Shown: in pieces, positions 16,557 to 25,456 of the stretch | Layout: the number at the start of each line of letters is the position of its first letter | How positions within the stretch are numbered: position 1 is the first letter of the stretch | From: an uncultured archaeon | GTDB taxonomy: Archaea; Asgardarchaeota; Thorarchaeia; Thorarchaeales; Thorarchaeaceae | DNA: 31,003 bases | Assembly (NCBI GenBank): GCA_964648855.1 | Contig: CAZYLT010000023.1 | Coordinates: forward strand, 1 to 31,003 | Reading direction: 5' to 3' | Translations under genes and position numbers: made by a program | The notes under the pieces: generated by a model | The model's input: only the letters and a program-made list of their open reading frames with translations | Database searches by the model: none | Told to the model about the DNA's origin: nothing

Positions 16557-18026
16557 TCAACCGGTCGAATCGTTTTTCGAATCAAAAATCAGTGTCTTAA
16601 CGATAACAGGCACAACAACACCTTCAATGATTGGTTCTCCTATATCGACAAAATCTCCTTCATCAAGAGTGATTTCATCGATTGATGCGATTTCATTGGT
16701 GATGGTAGTTTCACGTTTCATCACATTTCCGATACTATTTCCGACATCGGTATCGAAACACATCAAAATGGGATTATTCTGTCGTACCGTGTTAGGTATT
16801 GCGTCTACGATGCCATGAGCAAATTCACATAAATTATCATAAGACGGACGAACGGCATCCTTGAAAGCTAGGATGAATGAATCCTCTCCCTCAACCAAAT
16901 CAAAGCGGTGAAAAGCACGCTTAATTGCCTTAGTCACTTCTTCTCTTTGTGTCGTGCCTCTGTCAATGTAGGGAATAACAGCTGGCAGATTTCTAATCGG
17001 ATATTCAATGCCGGATGATAGAAATGTTGTAGAACCACTTACTCTGAGGCTGAATTGACCAGCTCCAATAACTGTCGCACGAATGCGCTGTGCAGGCTCT
17101 TGGTATTGCAGACCTTTCTCGCACATCAGATTCACAATCGCATCTGCGAGTTCTTTTCCGATATCCCTGTAGTCCTGCTTTTCTCTTCCATAGATGAATT
17201 CAGCTACTCCGCCCGAAAAAGTGATGACATCAACATGGTTGTGCTCAGAGAGTGGTTCGGTCATCAATAGCATTTCAGAAACAGGATTGTTTGGTTTCCC
17301 CGTCAGAGTATCTATAAGAGCCTCAGCAAGAATATTTGCCAAGTTCCGCTTTTGGGTTTCATCAAGTTTAGAGCCTAAATGTAAATCAAGGCCGATGAAT
17401 CCTCCTATTTTTCTACCCGTTTCCTCTATCCTTGTAATGATGTCATTCTTTCCACATGCTACCAGTCTCCCGCCAACATTGATAGCCGCTGTATCAGTTA
17501 TTCTCCCATCCCTGCAAATGGCTATGTTTGAAGAACCACCGCCGATGTCTACATTCATTACAGTTAGACCTGATTTCTCGGATAACTCGACTGCTCCAGA
17601 CCCGTGTGCCGCCAGTACCGACTCAAAATTCGGCCCCGCAGTCGCTGCGACAAATTTACCTGCCTCTCCTGCGAGCATCTCTACAATTTGCTCTGCATTT
17701 TGTTTCTTCGCACTCTCTCCTGTAATTATGACTGCTCCTGTGTCGATATCCTGAACAGAAATCCCTGCAGCCTTGTAATCGGACAATAGTAGTCTTTGAA
17801 GTGCACAATAGTCAATGGTCTGAGCGTCTTCAAATGGTGTCAAATGTATGGGTCCAGAGAAGACAACCTCTTTGTCTACAATCTCGAATTTTTCAGTACG
17901 GCTATTGATGTCCTTTTCTAGGATGATCTTGCTGAAGACAACATGCGATGTAGATGACCCAATGTCTACACCTATGCTCATTAATTCCTTTCTTTGTGTC
18001 TTCACAAACATAGGGGTGCTCTCCAC
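16557..18026 (-). CDS. eutA: EutA-family reactivating factor (ASKHA ATPase)
   Basis: SIGVDIGSSTSHVVFS, TGAVIITGESAKKQNA, FVAATAGPNFESVLAAHGSGA, DIGGGSSN, IRATVIGAG and VPVIVKTLIF. Confidence 0.92.
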   Translation of the reverse strand: MESTPMFVKTQRKELMSIGVDIGSSTSHVVFSKIILEKDINSRTEKFEIVDKEVVFSGPIHLTPFEDAQTIDYCALQRLLLSDYKAAGISVQDIDTGAVIITGESAKKQNAEQIVEMLAGEAGKFVAATAGPNFESVLAAHGSGAVELSEKSGLTVMNVDIGGGSSNIAICRDGRITDTAAINVGGRLVACGKNDIITRIEETGRKIGGFIGLDLHLGSKLDETQKRNLANILAEALIDTLTGKPNNPVSEMLLMTEPLSEHNHVDVITFSGGVAEFIYGREKQDYRDIGKELADAIVNLMCEKGLQYQEPAQRIRATVIGAGQFSLRVSGSTTFLSSGIEYPIRNLPAVIPYIDRGTTQREEVTKAIKRAFHRFDLVEGEDSFILAFKDAVRPSYDNLCEFAHGIVDAIPNTVRQNNPILMCFDTDVGNSIGNVMKRETTITNEIASIDEITLDEGDFVDIGEPIIEGVVVPVIVKTLIFDSKNDSTG

Positions 18027-18146
18027 TATTACCTAAATCGACGCTCGTTCGAATCGATTTTGAGTGTTATGTTCTGTACAGTCTATGGGCAGAGTGGATA
18101 ACCAGTCATTTAAAATGGAAAATTTGCTCGTAGGTATTGACCAACC

Positions 18147-18662
18147 ATGGATGTATTAGAAGCTATTCGAGAGCGAAGAAGTATTAGGAAATACAAGTCC
18201 GGACCTGTTGAAGATGAAAAACTTGAAAAGATTTTAGAGGCGGGCAGATGGGCTCCATCAGCATCAAACAAACAACCTTGGCATTTCATTGTAGTAGAGG
18301 ACCCAGGAATTCGGAATTCAATGGCTAATCAACACCCCTACGGCAGATTCATGTCGGAATCACCTGTTGTCATTGTTGTGCTTGGGAATCCTGAAGCACA
18401 TCCCAAATACCATTTAGCAGACCCACACAACGCGGTACAGAATATGCTATTAGCAGCATATGCACAAGGCCTTGGCACATGTTGGATGGGAGTAAGAGAC
18501 ACCTCCATTGAACCAGAATTCAAACAATTGTTGGACATTCCTGACAAGTTTCGAGTTGTCTGTTGCGTTTCATTAGGATATAGCCGTACAACACCCACGA
18601 AAACTCGAAAGCCTCTGGATGAAATCGTATCATACGAGAAATTCGGGGGAGAAAACAAATAA
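18147..18662 (+). CDS. Nitroreductase family protein
   Basis: RRSIRKY, WAPSASNKQPWHF and QNMLLAAYAQGLGTCW. Confidence 0.93.
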   Translation: MDVLEAIRERRSIRKYKSGPVEDEKLEKILEAGRWAPSASNKQPWHFIVVEDPGIRNSMANQHPYGRFMSESPVVIVVLGNPEAHPKYHLADPHNAVQNMLLAAYAQGLGTCWMGVRDTSIEPEFKQLLDIPDKFRVVCCVSLGYSRTTPTKTRKPLDEIVSYEKFGGENK

Positions 18663-18784
18663 GGTGGTGGGAATTGGCTTTAGAGATTCCAACCTTCCCC
18701 CCAAAAAATGAAGCCAGTATTATATGCTGCAAATCTCATCTCTTGCACTATGAGATACAATAGTATCATGGATTTGAAACAAGA

Positions 18785-19756
18785 ATGATTCAAGAAATCA
18801 CTTTGAACGATATCCAGTCAGCACACGAGAGAATTGAGCAGCATATAGTCAAGACACCTGTCATGACCTCAAATACCATCAATAGAATGACGAATGCTGA
18901 TGTTTATTTCAAATGTGAAAATTTCCAGCGTGTTGGAGCTTTCAAATTTCGAGGTGCTGTTAATGCGGTATCCCAACTGAGCGAAGAAGAAAAGGATAGA
19001 GGTGTCGTTACACATTCCTCAGGCAACCATGCTCAAGCGCTTTCTCTAGCTGCTGCTAAGCTTGGAGTCAAAGCGACTATCGTCATGCCAGAGAATGCTC
19101 CGAAAGTGAAGGTTGAAGCCACGAGAGGTTATGGTGCTTCTGTTGTGTTCTGCAAGTCCACTGTTGAAAGTAGGGTGGAAACTGCTAATGCTCTTGTTGA
19201 TGAATATGGCTTCGTGCTTATACATCCGTATGATGACAAGAGGATAATTGCAGGTGCTGGTACTGCGGCCCTAGAGCTGATTGAGGAATGTGGAGTGCTT
19301 GATGCGGTCTTTTGTCCAATTGGTGGGGGTGGCCTAATCAGTGGAACTAGTGTTGCTATCAAGAGCCTCACGGAATCCGCGAAAACGATAGGGGCGGAAC
19401 CGAAGCAGGCTGATGATGCATACCGTTCCGTTAGAGATGGCAGAATCTACCCCAGTATCAAGCCCAACACAATTGCAGATGGATTGCGAACAAGCCTTTC
19501 CGAGCTCACTTTCAATATTATTTCCGAAAATGTTGATGAAATCGTACTTGTTACTGAAACTAAGATTGTAGATGCTATGCGACTACTGTGGGAGAGAATG
19601 AAGCTAGTTGTTGAGCCTTCAGGAGCAGTGCCATTAGCTGCCCTCTTAAGTAAGAGAAACAGGTTTGAGAAACAAAGAATTGGAGTGATTCTTAGTGGTG
19701 GAAATGTGGACCTTAGTTCATTCTTCGCCAACTATTATGACAGAATCAACTCTTAA
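18785..19756 (+). CDS. PLP fold-type II serine racemase / serine-threonine dehydratase-like enzyme
   Basis: KCENFQRVGAFKFRGA (PLP Lys), THSSGNH, GGGGL, EPSGA and LSGGN; no ACT domain. Confidence 0.9.
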   Translation: MIQEITLNDIQSAHERIEQHIVKTPVMTSNTINRMTNADVYFKCENFQRVGAFKFRGAVNAVSQLSEEEKDRGVVTHSSGNHAQALSLAAAKLGVKATIVMPENAPKVKVEATRGYGASVVFCKSTVESRVETANALVDEYGFVLIHPYDDKRIIAGAGTAALELIEECGVLDAVFCPIGGGGLISGTSVAIKSLTESAKTIGAEPKQADDAYRSVRDGRIYPSIKPNTIADGLRTSLSELTFNIISENVDEIVLVTETKIVDAMRLLWERMKLVVEPSGAVPLAALLSKRNRFEKQRIGVILSGGNVDLSSFFANYYDRINS

Positions 19757-19877
19757 TCTTCATAATCCGGCATAATAGCTTCGGTCTACTCTCCACTCAT
19801 CCAAAGTGGTTTCAAATAGACTGTCAAATCGCAAAACTGAGAAAGCATTCCTCTTGGACATATTATTGGGTGCTTGA

Positions 19878-20978
19878 TTGAAAAGATGGATAATGCATGT
19901 TGATATGGATGCATTCTTCGCTTCGGTTGAGCAATATCGCCATTACCCAGAACTAGTAGATCAACCCGTCTGCGTAGGACACGATCCAAAGAAAGGCAGA
20001 GGACGTGGTGTGGTGCGAGCGGCATCATATGAGGCTAGAAAATTCGGTATCAAGTCAGGAATGCCCGTTTCAACAGCCTATAAACTGTGTCCAGATGCGA
20101 TTTTTGTACAGGGCGATTTTTCTAGCTATACGGAGGCATCAGATGAATTTATGGATGTTCTAAGACAGTACGCAGATGGCGAACGTGTACGAAGAGCAAG
20201 TATTGATGAAGCCTACATCGAAACAACTGACAGTTGCAACACTCAAGAAGATGCTAGGAATTTTGCTACGCTTATCCAGAAAACTGTGAAAGAAGAAACA
20301 AGTCTGCCATGTTCAATAGGCGTAGCACCCAATATGACCCTTGCCAAGATTGCCTCGGATATTGAGAAGCCTGAGGGAGTGACAGTTGTCGGTCAGAGCT
20401 TGGAAGAGCGAGCCAAGTTTCTTGCCCCTCTCTCAGTTGAAGCCATCCAGGGAATAGGACCTAAGACCGCAGAACGTTTGAGAGCACACGGTATTGAAAA
20501 GCTTGGGCAATTACAGAAAATGACAGTTGCTGAATTATATCCTGCTATGGGTAAGGGGTCTGAATGGTTCCTCGATCGCGCATTGGGCATAGATGAACGT
20601 CCTTTGATAGACAATGGTCCAAGAATAAGGAAGTCAATTAGCAAAGATAGAACATTCATGCAAGATGTTGACGCTGAAAATCTAGATTTTCTGAAATCTC
20701 AAATTCTTTCAATTTGTACTCGTATCACGAGAAAATTACACGAAAAGGAATTGTGGTTCAGAACTGTTACTCTCAAACTACGATATGCCGATTATGAAAC
20801 TATCCAGAGAAGTCGCTCTCTGCCGATTGACACCAATGATGGAGCGGCATTGGAGAAGACCTCTATCTCATTGCTTGAAGAAGAACTGGATTTCTCCAGA
20901 CAACTGCGTCTTATTGGAGTGAAAGTTTCGAGTCTCTCTAAGAATGAGTCGCAAATGGTTCTAACGGAGTTCATCTAG
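19878..20978 (+). CDS. dinB: Y-family DNA polymerase IV
   Basis: HVDMDAFFASVE, SYEARKFG, SIDEAY, LAKIASDIEKPEG and GIGPKT; little-finger domain. Confidence 0.95.
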   Translation: MKRWIMHVDMDAFFASVEQYRHYPELVDQPVCVGHDPKKGRGRGVVRAASYEARKFGIKSGMPVSTAYKLCPDAIFVQGDFSSYTEASDEFMDVLRQYADGERVRRASIDEAYIETTDSCNTQEDARNFATLIQKTVKEETSLPCSIGVAPNMTLAKIASDIEKPEGVTVVGQSLEERAKFLAPLSVEAIQGIGPKTAERLRAHGIEKLGQLQKMTVAELYPAMGKGSEWFLDRALGIDERPLIDNGPRIRKSISKDRTFMQDVDAENLDFLKSQILSICTRITRKLHEKELWFRTVTLKLRYADYETIQRSRSLPIDTNDGAALEKTSISLLEEELDFSRQLRLIGVKVSSLSKNESQMVLTEFI

Positions 20979-21040
20979 CTGTATGAGGGGTTAATTCAGA
21001 AGGCTTATTGACTCGTAATCGCTGCAATTTCAAAACTGAC

Positions 21041-21751
21041 ATGGAAGTAATGTTTCTGAATAGAATCATAGAATGCAAATTTCTGGAAAGAAAAAACAGA
21101 TTTCTTGGTACAGTTGTTTGTAATGGAAAAAAGCGTGATGTTTTCATTCCGAATCCTGGTCGTATGAACGAGTTGATGATTGAAGGAAAGAAAATGTTCA
21201 TTCAAGAAAAAAGAGGGCCTCAAAGGAAGACTGACTACAACCTCATAGCAGTCAAGCACAATGATGTACTGATTTCTATTGATTCGAATAAACCGAACAG
21301 ATTCATGTATCGGATGCTCGCGAATCATCAATTACAGCAATTCCAAGGATATAGGACAGTTGCAAGTGAACCATCATATCATAGTGGAAGATTTGATTTT
21401 AGATTAGAGGGTGAAAAAAGTGTCCTCATAGAGGTAAAATCTTGTACATTAGTACAGGATGGACGAGCGTTATTTCCCGATGCCCCTACTATCCGGGGAG
21501 CAAGGCATGTCCGCCATCTTACTATTGCTTTAGACGAGAAAACCATCGATGAAGCTGCCGTGGTATTTGTTATTCAACGACCAGATGCCTATGTCTTTTC
21601 ACCGAATTGGCAGATGGATCCTGATTTTGGAGCCGCTATCGAGGAAGCAGATGATAAAGGAGTCCGTTTAATGGCATTGAGGACAAAACTTGTTGATTGG
21701 AAACTTGAGCTCCTTAGTGAAATTCCAATTGACATAGGCTACACAAAGTAG
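21041..21751 (+). CDS. sfsA: DNA/RNA nuclease SfsA
   Basis: ERKNRF, PNPGRM, RFDF, IEVKSCTL and FPDAPTIRGARH. Start may be 21008, 21041 or 21050. Confidence 0.93.
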   Translation: MEVMFLNRIIECKFLERKNRFLGTVVCNGKKRDVFIPNPGRMNELMIEGKKMFIQEKRGPQRKTDYNLIAVKHNDVLISIDSNKPNRFMYRMLANHQLQQFQGYRTVASEPSYHSGRFDFRLEGEKSVLIEVKSCTLVQDGRALFPDAPTIRGARHVRHLTIALDEKTIDEAAVVFVIQRPDAYVFSPNWQMDPDFGAAIEEADDKGVRLMALRTKLVDWKLELLSEIPIDIGYTK

Positions 21752-21824
21752 ATGTGACGCGTTAGCCATCAACTTTTTGTGTTCGGAATACATCTTGAGA
21801 ACTGAATACTAGGAGTGACATGGG

Positions 21825-22832
21825 GTGAGCAAAAAGAGGAATTGGCTGACTTTCATTGGAATAGTCATTATCCTACTGCTTATTCCATACAATGTTTCGT
21901 ACAATCCTTCAGCTCCAATTATAATTGAAGGCTTATTCTATGGAAGATTTCCCTCTCTGGCTTCTCACCTGGCTTTCCAACTTGTGAATCTTGCACTCAT
22001 CACGTTGCCCAGTGCGTACTTTGTTTACAGAATGAATGACGAAAGAAGTAAGGACCAGACCGCCCAACTAGCAATCTATGTATATATCCTGACAATCGTA
22101 GTGCTCTGGATTATCGTTCCTAGTCAAGTCTATGGATGGTATGCACAGGGGTATATTGACACCCCTTCCAGATTCTTGACAAACTACGGGTCCATGCTAC
22201 TGGTATTTGCAGTATTGCTGCCTGTCTTAAGACGAAATAGCACAAGGCATGGTTCTCAGAAAAACTCGGGTGATATTTGGGCCATAGTTTTCTTTGTTCT
22301 CCTTGTGTTTGCTCCAATCTATGTCTTATTCTATTCTATAGGAGTAGGACCGGACACATTTTCTATTATCATGGTTTACGCAGCGATAGGTTTTGCTGCT
22401 TGGCTGGAAACCCGATTTTCTAACCAAGCGGGTGGAATATCATTCGAGTACAGATTAGGAATGTTTCCCGTAGCTTGGTTGTCTATATTTGTCCTATTTC
22501 CCCTAACATATTTCATCTATATGTTGCAGGAATTTAAAAGAGGAAATGCATCCAAACGTAGACTTGTGCTCTCAGCACTTCTGGCGAGTTCTGTATTCAT
22601 TTTCCAAGCGTTTCATTTGATTTTGCAATGGCTAGCTGGGGTGAACCTTGGCTTCTCATTTCCAACCCCATTGGTACTACTTGTTGCATACTATTACAAG
22701 AAGCATGCTATAACTGAAACAGAGGAAAGGGCGCGCACCATTCCAACACAAGAGGATCAAACCATTGTGAAGGTACCAATGACTTATCTTGTGTTATCAA
22801 AAATTAGAGAAATGCGATCACGGAGGGAGTGA
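21825..22832 (+). CDS. Hypothetical polytopic membrane protein
   Basis: 335-aa ORF with about 9 hydrophobic segments; ggagtga RBS before GTG; lies upstream of the ABC pair. Confidence 0.75.
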   Translation: MSKKRNWLTFIGIVIILLLIPYNVSYNPSAPIIIEGLFYGRFPSLASHLAFQLVNLALITLPSAYFVYRMNDERSKDQTAQLAIYVYILTIVVLWIIVPSQVYGWYAQGYIDTPSRFLTNYGSMLLVFAVLLPVLRRNSTRHGSQKNSGDIWAIVFFVLLVFAPIYVLFYSIGVGPDTFSIIMVYAAIGFAAWLETRFSNQAGGISFEYRLGMFPVAWLSIFVLFPLTYFIYMLQEFKRGNASKRRLVLSALLASSVFIFQAFHLILQWLAGVNLGFSFPTPLVLLVAYYYKKHAITETEERARTIPTQEDQTIVKVPMTYLVLSKIREMRSRRE

Positions 22833-22942
22833 AGTATTGATGGCAGAGCGAACGAACGATTCGTATTATGAAGACTCAAGAGGACACATATTGGCTCGAC
22901 CACTAGCCTTTGAATTGCAGCTGCACAGGGGGGTCCACTAAA

Positions 22943-23854
22943 ATGGAACCAGATGTAGATATCTTACAACGAATGACACCAAATGAGCTAGTGAGTATGG
23001 CTCGTGCTCTAGATATTCCTTTGGCACAACGGAGCATCCTAAAAGATGACCTAGTCCACAAAATATCTTCTAAGCTGAGGAAAAGCGAAGAAGAATCTCT
23101 TGAGCCTCTCGCATCTCCAGCGATAAGAATTGAGAATATGACCAAGCGGTTCGGACCGAAAGTAGCTGTACGGGATTTGAATCTGGAGGGAAATCCTGGA
23201 GAGATAGTGGGTTTGGTGGGCCCCAATGGAGCGGGGAAGACTACAACTCTTCGAGTGCTGACGGGCATAATTCAACCAACCAGTGGAGATGTCTATGTAA
23301 ATGGGTGCGATATGAGCAAGAATCCCATCCCTGGCAAGCGGGTGCTAGGATACATCCCCGAGCGTCCTACTTGCTATCCTAGTTTGAAAGTGCGGGAATA
23401 CCTTACATTTATGGCTCGAATATATAGTGTTTCAACAGTCAATACAATCCTTAGAATAAGGGAGCAAATTGACCTATTTCACCTGAATGAATTTGTCGAT
23501 TCCTACATCGGTACATTATCGAAAGGTAATTTACAACGAGCATTGCTCGCAGGCATTTTCATAAGAGACGCTCCCTATATCCTTGCTTTTGATGAGCCCA
23601 TCTACGGATTGGATCCGCGTGGCGCTTGGAATTTGAAGTCCCTGCTCAAACGTCTTAAGACTGAAGGTTCAGCAATTCTGGTGTCCACACATATTTTGGA
23701 GGTAGCTGAGAGTCTGTGTGATAGATTTGTGATCATGAACCATGGCGATGTAGTAGGGAGGGGTACGTTGAGCGAGTTGAGGTCACTCTTCGACGAGGCC
23801 AATTCGCTAGAGGAAGTATTCCTGATGTTAACTGGTGGAATTCCAAAGACGTAA
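22943..23854 (+). CDS. ABC transporter ATPase (ABC-2/DrrA-like) with an N-terminal helical extension
   Basis: Walker A GPNGAGKTT, signature LSKGN, Walker B AFDEP and switch STH. Confidence 0.92.
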   Translation: MEPDVDILQRMTPNELVSMARALDIPLAQRSILKDDLVHKISSKLRKSEEESLEPLASPAIRIENMTKRFGPKVAVRDLNLEGNPGEIVGLVGPNGAGKTTTLRVLTGIIQPTSGDVYVNGCDMSKNPIPGKRVLGYIPERPTCYPSLKVREYLTFMARIYSVSTVNTILRIREQIDLFHLNEFVDSYIGTLSKGNLQRALLAGIFIRDAPYILAFDEPIYGLDPRGAWNLKSLLKRLKTEGSAILVSTHILEVAESLCDRFVIMNHGDVVGRGTLSELRSLFDEANSLEEVFLMLTGGIPKT

Positions 23855-23858
23855 GGAG

Positions 23859-25448
23859 ATGATGCCCAGAATGCAGTTACCAACTCTTATCATGAATGAG
23901 TTTAGAATGCTCTGGAATCAGTTCAAGAGAACAGTCACTTCTCCTTCTATGCTTGGGTTCTATTTGATTACATTTGTTGGTGGTTTCATCATAACCAGTA
24001 TTCTGAGTACACTCATCAGCTTCTCGCCCCTCTTTGTTGGCGTGGCAGAAGCTATAGAAGAGTTAATTTCACCCTCGGACATCTTTGCTGCTCTTGGATT
24101 CTTGACTGTTTCATCGATTATCGCGGGTTATGTTGGTGTTGGGCCTGCATCAGTATGGGAAAAAGAAGACGAGAGCATTACGATGCCGGCCCCAATCCAT
24201 CCTTATCAATTGTTCATTAGTAGGTATATCCGGAGAGTGATTCGAAAGGTTGGATATGTATTGTTGGCATTGCTAGTGTTTCTACCTCTAATTGAATCTG
24301 CCCTGATTCTTGTTAATGCTGCCATTATGCTTGTAATTGGAATAATTTTGTTCCTAGAAACCAATTACTTCCTAGGTAGCATTGCTGCATATATCCGTTT
24401 GAAGCTGAATTCCATGTTTCAGACTAGGCTACGTTATCTGGGATTGGTCGGGCTGGCTGTAATTGCATATCTTCCGTCGAGCTCTTTTCTTTCAAATAAT
24501 ATCTTACTACAAATTTCAATTCCTGCTAACATATTTGGCTTGCTTGTCATGCAGCTGAGCCACGTTCATGCTCCCGGCCTGCCAGCTTATAATTTCTTAG
24601 TGCTGAGCCTCATTGGTGCATCCATCGCATTTCTCTTCTTGGTCAATCTGATTGACAGAAATTTCTATGACGTATTTGCTGGTGCTGTAACAAGACAACG
24701 AAGCGAAAGCAAGGTCGCCAGCAAAATAAGAGGCGAGGTAGATTTCTCCGCTTCCAGTATACAGGACCCTCTAGGCTGGATAATACTCAAAGATTTTTGG
24801 AGCAGGATGAGGAGCCCAATACAGTTTTGGAAATACATCTACGTAATTATCGGTTCAGGCTTCGCAATCTATCTTAATATATTCCAGCCGACGTGGCTTC
24901 CTCCTCTTCAGCTCCCTCCTGAGCTCAATCGATCTCTGACTCCTGCATTCCTGCTTGTACTGGCACTTACGGCACAGCTTGTGTCATTACCTGCACTCCT
25001 CGCATTTGTTGATGAGAGAGAGAACATCTATCTCTTGAAAGCATCTCCATTTCGTTCAAGTGATATTGTACTCGCGAAGTATACCCTGAGTCTTCTCGAA
25101 ATTGGATTATCCTCACTACCGATTCTCGGTTTCTTGCTCTACTTCTTCAGAGCGCCGGGGTCGGCATTCATAATTACTCTTGCTGGACCAATGATAGCAG
25201 TCTTCGCAGCCACTGGAATAATGACCGGAGCATACGTCCCCGTCTTTACCAATACCCCCGAAAATCCGCCAGTACCCATCGCCTTCTCTTTTCCTGCGAT
25301 TAATCTTGGATTAGGTGTGCTTATTGCTTTAGTTGCGTCTAACTACGCTGAGAACATATTATTGCTATTTCTTCTTCCTGCTCTAACTATATTTCTCGTC
25401 TTTGGTTTTCTTAGGTTATCGATGAATGCTCTCAATTCGTACAAATGA
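23859..25448 (+). CDS. Putative ABC exporter permease
   Basis: Many TM segments in two ABC-2-like halves (ERENIYLLKASP...IVLAKY); directly behind the ATPase. Start is 23859, 23862 or 23871. Confidence 0.82.
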   Translation: MMPRMQLPTLIMNEFRMLWNQFKRTVTSPSMLGFYLITFVGGFIITSILSTLISFSPLFVGVAEAIEELISPSDIFAALGFLTVSSIIAGYVGVGPASVWEKEDESITMPAPIHPYQLFISRYIRRVIRKVGYVLLALLVFLPLIESALILVNAAIMLVIGIILFLETNYFLGSIAAYIRLKLNSMFQTRLRYLGLVGLAVIAYLPSSSFLSNNILLQISIPANIFGLLVMQLSHVHAPGLPAYNFLVLSLIGASIAFLFLVNLIDRNFYDVFAGAVTRQRSESKVASKIRGEVDFSASSIQDPLGWIILKDFWSRMRSPIQFWKYIYVIIGSGFAIYLNIFQPTWLPPLQLPPELNRSLTPAFLLVLALTAQLVSLPALLAFVDERENIYLLKASPFRSSDIVLAKYTLSLLEIGLSSLPILGFLLYFFRAPGSAFIITLAGPMIAVFAATGIMTGAYVPVFTNTPENPPVPIAFSFPAINLGLGVLIALVASNYAENILLLFLLPALTIFLVFGFLRLSMNALNSYK

Positions 25449-25456
25449 ATCGAGGA

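Noticed and set aside
18645-18701. G-rich/C-rich hairpin after the nitroreductase gene
   Set aside because: Imperfect and without a recognisable motif; at most a terminator or stability structure.
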